From Clostridia bacterium (GTDB lineage Bacteria > Bacillota > Clostridia > Christensenellales > CAG-138): a stretch of 64,000 nt of DNA. Positions 27,362-36,073 of this stretch are shown piece after piece. Below the pieces are notes generated by a model. The model saw only the letters and a list, made by a program, of their open reading frames with translations, was not told the DNA's origin and searched no databases. The stretch is from assembly GCA_017429985.1 (NCBI GenBank), contig JAFRNW010000011.1:3995-67994 (forward strand), read 5' to 3'. The position numbers and the translations under genes are program-made. Position 1 is the first letter of the stretch; every line of letters begins with the position of its first letter.

Positions 27362-27384
27362 GAATTTCCCTCTCCGGAACCGAA

Positions 27385-27408
27385 AGGACCGCTGTCGCCA
27401 GCGGTCCT
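27385..27408. terminator. 10-bp hairpin between convergent genes (weak U-tracts)
   Basis: AGGACCGCTG-tcgc-CAGCGGTCCT. Confidence 0.4.
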
Positions 27409-27450
27409 CTTTCATTCTGTATCTTTCGGATGGATCATGTTCCGTCCGGT

Positions 27451-28119
27451 TCAGATAACGCCGAGCGGAATCAGCACCGCGAGAAGCAGCGCGACAAGGC
27501 CCCACAGACAGATCAGGAATGTCTTCCGTTTTTTCGGCTCCCAGTCCGGAACATAGTTGCTGGCAAGGAAAAACGGGATGTACGTCGTCACGAACACGGG
27601 CAGGACGCCCCACCACCGGTAAACCCAGATGAAGGAATGATTGGACGTTCCGGCAAGGAACGACTCAAACAGCGCAAACAGCGCAGCCATTTCCAGCATG
27701 ACGACCAGCTTGCAGCTGACCCCCTTCCGTCCGCCGCGAGTGAAATAACGCACGGAAGTATCCTGCGGCATCATTTTGTACGAGATGATGCCTGCAAGCG
27801 AGAACATCATGGACAGTTCCCATGAAACGCCGATCAGCAGGATAAACGTCGTGGAAGCGTTGCTGACGGACCATAGCGGATAGCCGGTGACATGCCCGAT
27901 GACCGCGTTCGCGATCTCGTACAGCCAGTGCACCCCGTAAAGAGCAAGTCCCGCATAGACCGCTTTGTAGTTCTTGTTATGGATCTCCGTCCAGTAGACA
28001 TAGAATACGACGGCGAGAATAAAGATGAACGTCCAGTTGAAGTTTTCCGTGCTTCTGACGACGATGCTGTCAACTAGGCTCTTTGCTTCCTGCGAGCCGT
28101 CTCCCCAGAATATGAACAT
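27451..28119 (-). CDS. Hypothetical polytopic membrane protein (about 6 TM helices)
   Basis: Hydrophobic, Trp/Tyr-rich sequence with good codon-position GC pattern. No family recognised. Confidence 0.55.
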   Translation of the reverse strand: MFIFWGDGSQEAKSLVDSIVVRSTENFNWTFIFILAVVFYVYWTEIHNKNYKAVYAGLALYGVHWLYEIANAVIGHVTGYPLWSVSNASTTFILLIGVSWELSMMFSLAGIISYKMMPQDTSVRYFTRGGRKGVSCKLVVMLEMAALFALFESFLAGTSNHSFIWVYRWWGVLPVFVTTYIPFFLASNYVPDWEPKKRKTFLICLWGLVALLLAVLIPLGVI

Positions 28120-28166
28120 ATTGACCTGTCCCCCTGTCTTGTCAGTTTTGAGATATGCCTGATGCG

Positions 28167-28204
28167 GAACGGGATATGCGCCGATCCCAGGATCGGACCC
28201 GTTC
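28167..28204 (-). other. 5'-terminal two-tier stem-loop in the leader of the membrane-protein gene
   Basis: GAACGGG-u-CCGAUC-cugg-GAUCGG-cgcauau-CCCGUUC, starting within a few nt of the predicted transcription start. Confidence 0.4.
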
Positions 28205-28212
28205 TTATTTCA

Positions 28213-28241
28213 TTTATACCAGTCCCGGCATATATATTCAA
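28213..28241 (-). promoter_or_regulatory. Candidate promoter (extended -10)
   Basis: The minus strand reads TTGAAT-17 nt-TATAAA, with TGG immediately before the -10. Confidence 0.5.
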
Positions 28242-28298
28242 GTGCGTCCCTTCCGCGTCAGAACCGGGAGCGGATCAGGGAGAGCGGCATATTGCGCA

Positions 28299-28336
28299 AA
28301 TAAAAAAAGACGCCCTATTTGATCAAACAGGGGTCT
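28299..28336 (-). terminator. Rho-independent terminator of the tRNA-Val/tRNA-Gln operon
   Basis: AGACCCCU../..AGGGCGUCU imperfect stem followed by UUUUUUUAUUU. Confidence 0.6.
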
Positions 28337-28341
28337 TTCCG

Positions 28342-28415
28342 TGGCTGCGGAACTAGGATTCGAACCTAGACAACACGAGTCAGAGTCGTGGGTGCTACCA
28401 TTACACAATTCCGCA
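28342..28415 (-). tRNA. tRNA-Gln (anticodon CTG), CCA encoded
   Basis: Acceptor TGCGGAA/TTCCGCA, anticodon arm CACGA CTCTGAC TCGTG, T-arm CTAGG TTCGAAT CCTAG. Confidence 0.9.
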
Positions 28416-28614
28416 TGGGTTTTTTAAAGGTATCCCGAAGTGCCGTCTGTCTTTGCTATAACACCCGCCTCAAGGGCAGGTGGGTGCATCGTGATTGTTT
28501 CAGCCTTCCTGCTTAAAAAGCTGGCGTGGCATCCGCGTTTCAACAAATGCTCCCGGCATAGTCGTGAGGGTTTATAGCCGTAAAGACATAACGCACACTG
28601 CAGGAAACCTGCAA
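28416..28614 (-). ncRNA. Candidate structured RNA in the tRNA-Val/tRNA-Gln spacer (6S-like rod; family unverified)
   Basis: No ORF. 28568..28596 pairs with 28440..28466 over about 24 bp in five blocks, and there are further internal helices. Confidence 0.3.
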
Positions 28615-28691
28615 TGGTGGGATTAGTTGGAATCGAACCAACGACCTCTACGATGTCAACGTAGCGCTCTAACCAGCTGAGCTATAACCCC
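28615..28691 (-). tRNA. tRNA-Val (anticodon GAC), CCA encoded
   Basis: Acceptor GGGGTTA/TAATCCC, anticodon arm CTACG TTGACAT CGTAG, T-arm GTTGG TTCGATT CCAAC. Confidence 0.95.
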
Positions 28692-28704
28692 TTGCGCACA
28701 TACT

Positions 28705-28732
28705 ATTATACACAGGGACAGGGAAAATGCAA
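28705..28732 (-). promoter_or_regulatory. Candidate promoter of the tRNA-Val operon
   Basis: The minus strand reads TTGCAT-16 nt-TATAAT, ending 13 nt before the tRNA 5' end. Confidence 0.55.
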
Positions 28733-28854
28733 GAAGAAATTTCGGCTCAAAGGGGCGGTCCCTCCCCCGCTTTCCCCTCCGGTCCGGTTGGCTCTTGCCC
28801 GTGACTGGCTTCTTTTGCTATGATGAATGCGTATCATTCCATGATCCTGGAGGT

Positions 28855-29442
28855 ATGGCTATGGCATCCTGCGTACGCTGTTCCAAAGAAAACGCGGAAT
28901 ATGAGAATACATTCCTTGTGGTAATGAAGGACACTTCCGGAACCAGCGGTCTCGGCGCACACAGCGATTCAGAGATCGCGACCGATACGGAACATCTATA
29001 CGGAGCGGCAACATTCGGGATCTGCAGCGACTGCCACGACAAGTCCGCCAAGGTCACCGTCAGGACCGCCGCTGCCGTCATGGCCGGGATGGGCGTTCTG
29101 ATGAGCGCAGGATCGCATCTGAACTTTCTGCTCGTGCTTGGCATCGGAATCGCCGGTTTACTGGTCGGCGGAGGGCTCAGCTATCTGTACTGCTACAAAT
29201 TCAGCCAGAAGTCCCAGGCGCTTGATGAAATACTCGAACATATTCAGGCGGTCTATTCGTTCGCGGGCGAAAAAAAGATCCGCCTCTTCATCCCCGTCGG
29301 AGAGGGGATGTATAGGAGCGAATCCGGATTCAAATTCCGAAACCGCCGTCTTTCCAAGGAAATGGCAGCCAGGATCTACCATGAGCTGATCGAAAACGGC
29401 GAATGGAAGGATTACGTCAGGGACCATCTGTTAAACGGATGA
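28855..29442 (+). CDS. Hypothetical membrane protein with N-terminal CxxC..CxxC zinc-ribbon-like motif
   Basis: CVRCSKEN ... CSDCHDK, two TM helices and a soluble C-terminal domain. RBS GGAGG lies before the ATG at 28855. Confidence 0.45.
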   Translation: MAMASCVRCSKENAEYENTFLVVMKDTSGTSGLGAHSDSEIATDTEHLYGAATFGICSDCHDKSAKVTVRTAAAVMAGMGVLMSAGSHLNFLLVLGIGIAGLLVGGGLSYLYCYKFSQKSQALDEILEHIQAVYSFAGEKKIRLFIPVGEGMYRSESGFKFRNRRLSKEMAARIYHELIENGEWKDYVRDHLLNG

Positions 29443-30702
29443 TCCGACCACCTGCTCCCCATCGCTGAAAACCGCTGCGATATTCTTTTCATCCATCAGA
29501 TACACGGCGCGCTCCAGTCTCTCCTGAAGCGACAGATTCCCGTTCTCCGGAAAACTGCTCTCGTCCACCACAATCGCATGAAGACGATCCCCCGCGGAAA
29601 ACCCTTTTCCCGCGCCGAAATACGTTGCGCCCGCGGTCGTCCCGAGGTAATAGGCTTCCGTGACCTGCAGGAATCGGTCTTTCCACCCGCTCTGGATCCG
29701 CCTCGCCTTGGATGTGCGGATCGCGCCCGTCATGACACGGTTCATATGATAATCCGCCCCGCCCGCGATATCGCTTCCGAGCGCTACCCATGTTCCCTCG
29801 TCCAGCATCCGGATCACGGGAAACAGTCCGCTGCAGACGTTGACATTGGAATCGGGGCAATGCACGGCAAGCACGTTATGCTCCCGCATCGCTCTCCTCT
29901 CCCGCTCGCTCGACCAGATGCAGTGCACCATGACCGTATGATCCCCGAAGAGGCCGTATTTGTCATAGGTTTCCCAGTACTCGCTGCAATCCGGATGCAG
30001 TTCTCTCACCCACTCGATTTCCTGCAGGTTTTCGGAAAGATGGGACTGCACGTACAGCCCGTATTCCTTTGCGATCCTGCCCAGTTCCTCCATCAGGCGG
30101 TCGGAGCAGGACGGCGTGAAACGGGGCGTGATGATCGGACGGACCTTACGGAACCTCGCGCTCTCCTCGATAAACCGGATGGTTTCCGAAACAGATTCCT
30201 CCGTGGTCTCCTGATACCCGGGCGTCGCGTTCCGGTCCATATTGACCTTCCCGACGTAGCCTGTAATGCCTGCTTTTTCCAGTTCTTCCATGAGGATCAG
30301 CGTCGCGTCCGTGTGCAGTGAGGAAAACATCACTGCCCGGGTCGTTCCAGCGCGGATCAGATCCCTGGAAAGGCGCGCGTACTCGAGCCGCGCGTAGTCC
30401 GGATCCCGGAATTTGGCCTCATTGGGAAACGCGTACGCATGCAGCCATTCAAGAAGCTGAAGGTCCATGCCCAGCCCGAGCATGGGGTACTGCGGGGCGT
30501 GAAGATGCATGTCCGCGAACGACTGCAGGATCAGCTTCCCGCTGTAATCGGCGACCGGAAGACCCCTGTACCGTTCGGGAAGCACGGGAAAGAGCCCCTG
30601 GATCACGCCGTTCTCCAGCGCCATATATCCTCCCCGCACCGTTTCCAGCCTGCCCGGTTCCGGAGCGGAAACAAAATCTCCGTGGAGAACAAATGTTTTC
30701 AT
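29431..30702 (-). CDS. guaD: Amidohydrolase, guanine deaminase-like
   Basis: SFADMHLHAPQ metal motif, ..ITPRFTPSC.., ..SHLSEN.., ..LGSDIAGG... Confidence 0.65.
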   Translation of the reverse strand: MKTFVLHGDFVSAPEPGRLETVRGGYMALENGVIQGLFPVLPERYRGLPVADYSGKLILQSFADMHLHAPQYPMLGLGMDLQLLEWLHAYAFPNEAKFRDPDYARLEYARLSRDLIRAGTTRAVMFSSLHTDATLILMEELEKAGITGYVGKVNMDRNATPGYQETTEESVSETIRFIEESARFRKVRPIITPRFTPSCSDRLMEELGRIAKEYGLYVQSHLSENLQEIEWVRELHPDCSEYWETYDKYGLFGDHTVMVHCIWSSERERRAMREHNVLAVHCPDSNVNVCSGLFPVIRMLDEGTWVALGSDIAGGADYHMNRVMTGAIRTSKARRIQSGWKDRFLQVTEAYYLGTTAGATYFGAGKGFSAGDRLHAIVVDESSFPENGNLSLQERLERAVYLMDEKNIAAVFSDGEQVVGSSV

Positions 30703-31307
30703 CCTGCTCCGCCCCCTGTCCTGATATCCTCCGGGGTATCGATATCGTCGAGTTCCTCCGCCGCGGTCTCGACCGTAAGAAGCAGGTCGGGATGCCTTGA
30801 GATGACGGCGCTGCCTCCCCTGTCCCCTTCCAGTTCCATCAGTTCCGAAAGAAGACCGACCGGAAAGATCACGGGATTTCCCCTCTTTCCGTCCGAGCGC
30901 ACCGGCGCAACGATCCGGTCCGGATGGCCGGAGAACGCATCCTGCAGTTTTCCGACCGTTCCTGCGGACAGTCCGGGCTGATCGCAGACGCCGAACAGGA
31001 CTCCGTCCAGGATCCTCCCCTTGCTGACGGCTGTCAGAAGCAGCCGCCGGATCCCGATCCGGATGCTCGAGGAGATTCCCCGTTCCGGATGCGGATTGAT
31101 CGCGACCGCGTCAAACCTGCCCGCCGCCGCATCCAGCACCTCCCGGTTGTCTCCGTTTGCCACCAGCACGGAAACATCGAATCCCTGAGAGGCATAGACC
31201 CGGACAGCGTGGCGGATCATCGTTTCTCCGTTGACCGGCTCAGCGAGCTTGTTCCGCCCGAACCGGGTGGAAAGCCCTGCCGCCAGAATGATACATCCGA
31301 TCCTCAT
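30699..31307 (-). CDS. mocA: MobA/MocA-like molybdenum cofactor nucleotidyltransferase
   Basis: MRIGCIILAAGLSTRFGRNKL. 4-nt overlaps with both neighbouring genes. Confidence 0.7.
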   Translation of the reverse strand: MRIGCIILAAGLSTRFGRNKLAEPVNGETMIRHAVRVYASQGFDVSVLVANGDNREVLDAAAGRFDAVAINPHPERGISSSIRIGIRRLLLTAVSKGRILDGVLFGVCDQPGLSAGTVGKLQDAFSGHPDRIVAPVRSDGKRGNPVIFPVGLLSELMELEGDRGGSAVISRHPDLLLTVETAAEELDDIDTPEDIRTGGGAG

Positions 31308-32674
31308 CTGTTTGGGCGGAGGCTCTTCCCGCGGAACACAAATCTGCCTGTACCGGTCCGGATGACCGTCCCGTTCTGAACCACAAGTTCCCCGTTCAGA
31401 AGAACGTCCCTTGCCTTTCCAACCGTATGCATGCCCTCATAGGGGGAATTGTCGCAGTTGTGCAGGTTGGTCCTGTATGAGATCGTTTCCTCCGCGGCAG
31501 GATCGAATATGACGATATCCGCGTCGCTTCCTTCTGCGATCAGGCCCTTCTTCGGGTACATGCCGAAGACTTTAGCCGCGTTTCCGCTCAGCAGCTCCGC
31601 CATCTGCTCTATGGTGATCCTGCCGGTCCGCACGGCCGCGGTGTGTACGAGCTGCGCGCGGTTCTGCGTTCCCGCTCCGCCGTTCGGGATCTTGGTGAAA
31701 TCATCCTTCCCGAGCGCCTTCTGCTCCATCGTGAAGGAACAGTGGTCCGTTCCGATGAAGTCGATCTCATCCTTTCCGAGCGCATCCAGAAGCGCGTCCT
31801 GATCCGCCTTCTTCCTCGGTGGGGGCGACATGACGTACTTCGCCCCGTCCGGTTCCGAAAAGCAGCTGTCGTCCAGCACCAGATACTGCGGACAGGTCTC
31901 AAGATAGATCTCCTGGCCGCGCGCCTTCGCGCGGCGCGCTTCCTCCAGTCCGGCTTCTGTGGAAAGATGCACGACCCACGCCGGCGTCCCCGCTAGCTGG
32001 GCGATCCGCATCAGCCTGCCGACCGCCTCGCCCTCCACGATGTCCGGCCTGGAAAGCGGATGCGCCGTCGGTCCCGTCAGGCCCGCTTCCCTGCATTCCC
32101 TGATCTTCTGCTGCAGAAGATAATAGTTCTCGCAATGGACGCCGATGATGCAGCCGAGGTCCGCGGTACGTTTCAGCGCGTCGTACATCGCGCCGTCGTC
32201 CACCCGCATACTGTCATACACCATATACATTTTAAAAGAGGTGACGCCCTGGTCCACCATCGGGCGGATCTCCGCGATCCTGTCGCCGTTCCATTCGGAA
32301 ACCGCCATGTGGAACCCGTAGTTGCAGCTGCTGCCCTCCGCTTTTTTATGCCAGAGGTCCAGCGCTTCCTGCATCGTCATGCCGCGGTCCTGCGTTGCAA
32401 AATCCAGCACGGTCGTCGTTCCGCCTGCCACCGCGGCCCGCGTCCCCGTCGGAAAATTGTCCGCCGTTACGGTCGTGCCGAGATCCAGATCAAAGTGGGT
32501 ATGCGTATCGATGAAACCCGCCATCACGTAGCAGCCTTCCGCGTCGATGACGCGGTCCGCCTCCGTGCAGAGATCCGTTCCGACCCGTTCGATCGTTTCT
32601 CCCGATACCAGAACGTCCGCACGGAACGATTTCCCACCCGTCACGACCGTTCCGTTTTTGATCAGTGTCTTCAT
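31304..32674 (-). CDS. Dihydropyrimidinase / D-hydantoinase family cyclic amidohydrolase
   Basis: ..AGFIDTHTHFD.., ..GVTSFKMYM.. (carboxylated-lysine region), ..GTDHCSF... Confidence 0.8.
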   Translation of the reverse strand: MKTLIKNGTVVTGGKSFRADVLVSGETIERVGTDLCTEADRVIDAEGCYVMAGFIDTHTHFDLDLGTTVTADNFPTGTRAAVAGGTTTVLDFATQDRGMTMQEALDLWHKKAEGSSCNYGFHMAVSEWNGDRIAEIRPMVDQGVTSFKMYMVYDSMRVDDGAMYDALKRTADLGCIIGVHCENYYLLQQKIRECREAGLTGPTAHPLSRPDIVEGEAVGRLMRIAQLAGTPAWVVHLSTEAGLEEARRAKARGQEIYLETCPQYLVLDDSCFSEPDGAKYVMSPPPRKKADQDALLDALGKDEIDFIGTDHCSFTMEQKALGKDDFTKIPNGGAGTQNRAQLVHTAAVRTGRITIEQMAELLSGNAAKVFGMYPKKGLIAEGSDADIVIFDPAAEETISYRTNLHNCDNSPYEGMHTVGKARDVLLNGELVVQNGTVIRTGTGRFVFRGKSLRPNR

Positions 32675-32805
32675 AGCGTATCCCTCTCGTTTCTCTTCAA
32701 AGCTGATTCAATCTTAACATCCCGCTATCCCTGTTGCAACTTGATGCAATTCTCAAAAAAAGCGCCGGTACATAAAAAATCATTCTTCTTTCGAAATACG
32801 CTTTT

Positions 32806-32814
32806 TGCTATAAT
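32806..32814 (+). promoter_or_regulatory. Extended -10 element (TGcTATAAT) upstream of adenine deaminase
   Basis: TGCTATAAT lies 25 nt before the ATG. The -35 is poor. Confidence 0.45.
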
Positions 32815-32839
32815 AGTCAAAAGGCAGGTGGTCAACTGT

Positions 32840-34561
32840 ATGGAAAAATCACGTCTCCGCGCTGCAATTCTCAACGCAGCCAATCGCAATGCGGCTCTTG
32901 TCGTGAAAAACGCGAAAATCGTCAATGTGTTCACCGAAGAAATCATAGAAGGCGACGTTGCGGTCCGTGACGGCATTATCCTTGGCGTCGGTTCCTATTC
33001 CGGCGCGAAGCAGGAGATCGACGCGAAAGGCGCGTATCTCTGCCCCGGTCTGATCGACGGACACGTGCATATCGAATCCTCCATGGCGCATCCGGCACGC
33101 TTTGCCAATACCATTCTGGAAAAAGGCACAACGGCGATCGTCGCCGATCCCCATGAGATCGCCAACGTATGCGATGTGGAAGGAATCCAGTATATGATCG
33201 CCCAGACGGAATGGCTCCCGCTGTCCGTCTTCTTTATGCTCCCGTCCTGCGTTCCCTGCACGGCATTCGAAACCAGCGGGGCTAAAATCACCGCGAAGGA
33301 CATGGAAGCCCTCATGGATCATCCCCGTGTCATCGGCCTCGGCGAAGTCATGGACTACTATGCCACGATCACCGGCGACGGCGAAATGCTCGACAAGCTG
33401 GAGCTGTTCAAGAACCGTCCGATCGACGGCCATGCCCCGCTCCTTTCCGGCGACGCGCTGAACGCCTACTGCGTCGCGGGTCCGCACACAGATCACGAGT
33501 GTTCCAACTATGAGGAGGTCCTGGAAAAGCTGCGGGCAGGCATGCGGATCCATCTCCGTCTAGGTTCCGCCACGCGCGGCATCGAAGAGGTCATGCGCAA
33601 GATCGCGGAAAACCATCTCCCCACCCGCCGCATGATGTTCTGTACGGATGACAAGCATCTTGAAAACATCCGGTCGGAGGGTCACATCAATTACATCGTG
33701 CGCAGAGCCGTCGCAAACGGCATACCGCCCATGCAGGCCATCCAAATGGCGACCATTAACGCGGCAAACACCTATTCCCTGAAAGGATACGGCGCCATCG
33801 CTCCCGGTTACCGTGCGGACATGGTGCTGTTCGACAATCTGAAGGACTTCAATCCGGTCACGGTCATTACCGGAGGAAACGTCTTCGAGCCCGAGTCCGA
33901 CGCCATCCTGAAGCCCGATCCGAAGATCTACAACTCCGTGCACCTTGCGCCGCGCCGTCCCGATATGCTGGATCTGCGCGTCGGTGAAAAGACCACCGTC
34001 ATCAACCTTGTGGAGAACGAGATCATGACGAAAGCCACCGTCGAAACCGTCCCGAGCGAAAACGGACTGTTCGTCGCGAAGGACGGCCTCGTGAAGCTGG
34101 CTGTCGTGGAACGTCATCACTCCTCCGGACGCATCGGCGTGGGCGTTCTCCGCGGAATGCCGATCCAGAACGGCGCGATTGCGACGACCGTCGGTCACGA
34201 CTCCCACAACCTGATCGTCGCGGGCGACAACGATGAGGATATGTTCGCCGCGATCGACGCGCTGGAAGCCTGCGGCGGAGGCTATGTCGTGGTAAGCGAG
34301 AAAAAGATCCTCGCCCGCCTGACCATGCCGATCGCCGGACTGATGTCCGACGCCCCGACCGCCGTCATCATCGACAAGCAGCGCAAGCTTCTGGAAGCGG
34401 CAAAGAAACTCGGCGTCCGATCCGGTTCCGATCCGTTCGTCACGCTTTCCTTTGTCGCCCTTCCGGTCATTCCGGAGGTCCGTCTGACCGACATGGGCGT
34501 ATTCGACGTGCTCCACATGAAATTCACGGACTCCGCTTCCTACGACGACCAGGAAGTCTGA
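32840..34561 (+). CDS. ade: Adenine deaminase
   Basis: ..CPGLIDGHVHIESSM..IVADPHEIANV... The real start is MEKSRLRAAILNAANRN at 32840. The upstream part of the 833-aa track ORF is antisense to the hydantoinase gene. Confidence 0.85.
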   Translation: MEKSRLRAAILNAANRNAALVVKNAKIVNVFTEEIIEGDVAVRDGIILGVGSYSGAKQEIDAKGAYLCPGLIDGHVHIESSMAHPARFANTILEKGTTAIVADPHEIANVCDVEGIQYMIAQTEWLPLSVFFMLPSCVPCTAFETSGAKITAKDMEALMDHPRVIGLGEVMDYYATITGDGEMLDKLELFKNRPIDGHAPLLSGDALNAYCVAGPHTDHECSNYEEVLEKLRAGMRIHLRLGSATRGIEEVMRKIAENHLPTRRMMFCTDDKHLENIRSEGHINYIVRRAVANGIPPMQAIQMATINAANTYSLKGYGAIAPGYRADMVLFDNLKDFNPVTVITGGNVFEPESDAILKPDPKIYNSVHLAPRRPDMLDLRVGEKTTVINLVENEIMTKATVETVPSENGLFVAKDGLVKLAVVERHHSSGRIGVGVLRGMPIQNGAIATTVGHDSHNLIVAGDNDEDMFAAIDALEACGGGYVVVSEKKILARLTMPIAGLMSDAPTAVIIDKQRKLLEAAKKLGVRSGSDPFVTLSFVALPVIPEVRLTDMGVFDVLHMKFTDSASYDDQEV

Positions 34562-34581
34562 CCTTCTGCCAGCCGAACCTC

Positions 34582-34620
34582 AGCCCGGAGCGCATGACGT
34601 CTCCGGGCTTTCGTTTGTTC
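34582..34620 (+). terminator. Rho-independent terminator after ade
   Basis: AGCCCGGAG/CTCCGGGCT stem followed by TTCGTTTGTT. Confidence 0.7.
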
Positions 34621-34640
34621 TATTTTCTTTTTTCGGCATA

Positions 34641-34669
34641 TTGTATATGATCCGAAACTGTGGTATAGT
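34641..34669 (+). promoter_or_regulatory. Candidate promoter of the aminotransferase gene
   Basis: TTGTAT-17 nt-TATAGT, preceded by TGG (extended -10). Confidence 0.55.
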
Positions 34670-34708
34670 TTCATTCAAATTTATTTTTTATTTAGGACGT
34701 GATGGACG

Positions 34709-35989
34709 ATGAAGTACACGGAACTGACTAGGGAACAGCTTGAAAAGGAGTATTCTGTCATCCGTGCCCGGTATGACAGGCTCTGCGAGGAAAAGCTTTC
34801 GCTGAACCTGACCCGCGGCAAGCCGGAGAAAAAACAGCTCGATCTGAGCAACGACATGTATACCGCGCTCAACAACTGCGATTTTGAAATGGACGGGATC
34901 GACGTGCGAAACTACGGCCTCCTGGACGGCCTTCCGTCATGCAAGCGTCTGTTTTCCGATATCCTCGGCTGCAGTCCGGACGAAATCATCATCGGGGGCA
35001 ACTCCAGCCTGAACCTGATGTACGACCTGATCGCAAAAGCCTACACAAACGGGCTCCTGCACAGCGAGCGCCCGTGGTGCAAGGAAGAAAAGATCAAGTT
35101 CCTCTGCCCCGTCCCGGGCTATGACCGCCACTTCAACATCTCGATCTCGTTCGGAATGGAATGTATTCCCGTACCGCTGCACGAGGACGGTCCGGACATG
35201 GACATCGTCGAGGAACTGGTCAAGGATCCCCTGGTAAAGGGCATGTGGTGCACGCCGAAATACAGCAACCCGGACGGATTCATCTACAGCAGCGAAGTGC
35301 GCCAGCGAATCGCCTCTCTGGACACCGCCGCCCCTGATTTCGCTCTGATCTGGGACAACGCATACGCCGTTCACTGCTTCGACGGCACGCTTCCGGAATT
35401 CCCGGATATGATCGGAGAATGCCGGAAAGCCGGCCATCCGGATATGATCTATGAGTTCGCTTCCCTTTCCAAGGTCACGTTCGCCGGGTCGGGCATCGCC
35501 GCCGTCGCTTCGAGCAAGGACAATCTCACGCACATCAGAAAAATACTGACCTTCCAGACGATCGGATTCGAAAAGGTCGCGCAGTATCTGCATGTGAAAT
35601 TCCTGAAGGACAAGGAAACCATTCTGAAGCATATGGAAAAGCACGCGGCCATCATGAAGCCGAAATTCGACGCCGTCCAGAACGCGCTCGAAACGGAACT
35701 CGGAAGCCTCGGCATCGCGGACTGGACGCATCCGAAAGGCGGATATTTTGTCAGCCTGTATGCCATGCACGGGACTGCGAAGAGGATCAACACCCTGTGC
35801 GCCGACGCGGGCGTCGCCATGACAAAGGCCGGCGCGACCTATCCGCACGGCTACGATCCGGATGACAGCAACCTCAGGATCGCGCCTTCCTATCCGGAGC
35901 TTCCGGACGTGATCAAGGCCATGCAGGTGCTGTGCGTCAGCGTCAGGCTCGCCGCCCTCGAACTCCTTCTCGGAAAGCTCGGCGGATGA
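34709..35989 (+). CDS. Class I/II-fold PLP-dependent aminotransferase
   Basis: ..LNLTRGKPEKKQLDLS.. and ..FASLSKVTFAGSGIA.. (SxSK lysine). Confidence 0.7.
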   Translation: MKYTELTREQLEKEYSVIRARYDRLCEEKLSLNLTRGKPEKKQLDLSNDMYTALNNCDFEMDGIDVRNYGLLDGLPSCKRLFSDILGCSPDEIIIGGNSSLNLMYDLIAKAYTNGLLHSERPWCKEEKIKFLCPVPGYDRHFNISISFGMECIPVPLHEDGPDMDIVEELVKDPLVKGMWCTPKYSNPDGFIYSSEVRQRIASLDTAAPDFALIWDNAYAVHCFDGTLPEFPDMIGECRKAGHPDMIYEFASLSKVTFAGSGIAAVASSKDNLTHIRKILTFQTIGFEKVAQYLHVKFLKDKETILKHMEKHAAIMKPKFDAVQNALETELGSLGIADWTHPKGGYFVSLYAMHGTAKRINTLCADAGVAMTKAGATYPHGYDPDDSNLRIAPSYPELPDVIKAMQVLCVSVRLAALELLLGKLGG

Positions 35990-36036
35990 AACGCTTGAGC
36001 CTCATTGCGGGCACGTCAGAAGTGTTGATATAATAA

Positions 36037-36066
36037 AGGACAGGAAACCACCCTGTCCTTTTTTGA
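36037..36066 (+). terminator. Rho-independent terminator
   Basis: AGGACAGG/CCTGTCCT stem followed by TTTTTTG. Confidence 0.75.
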
Positions 36067-36073
36067 GGTCTGT

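Noticed and set aside
26576-27616. 346-aa minus-strand ORF.
   Set aside because: It is antisense to the xdhC-like gene and has no motifs.
28416-28614. The tRNA spacer as SRP RNA, tmRNA, RNase P RNA or a degenerate tRNA.
   Set aside because: It is too short for tmRNA or RNase P. The SRP domain IV core (GGAAGGAAGCAGC-type symmetric loop with a GNRA tetraloop) is not present. Only a loose AGCAGGAAGGCUG resemblance exists. There is no T-loop GTTCGAnnC or cloverleaf.
32675-32839. Purine riboswitch between the divergent hydantoinase and adenine deaminase genes.
   Set aside because: The best promoter leaves only about 25 nt of leader for ade. Neither strand shows the UAUAAU..UAUGG..UUUCUACC..CCGUAAA core.
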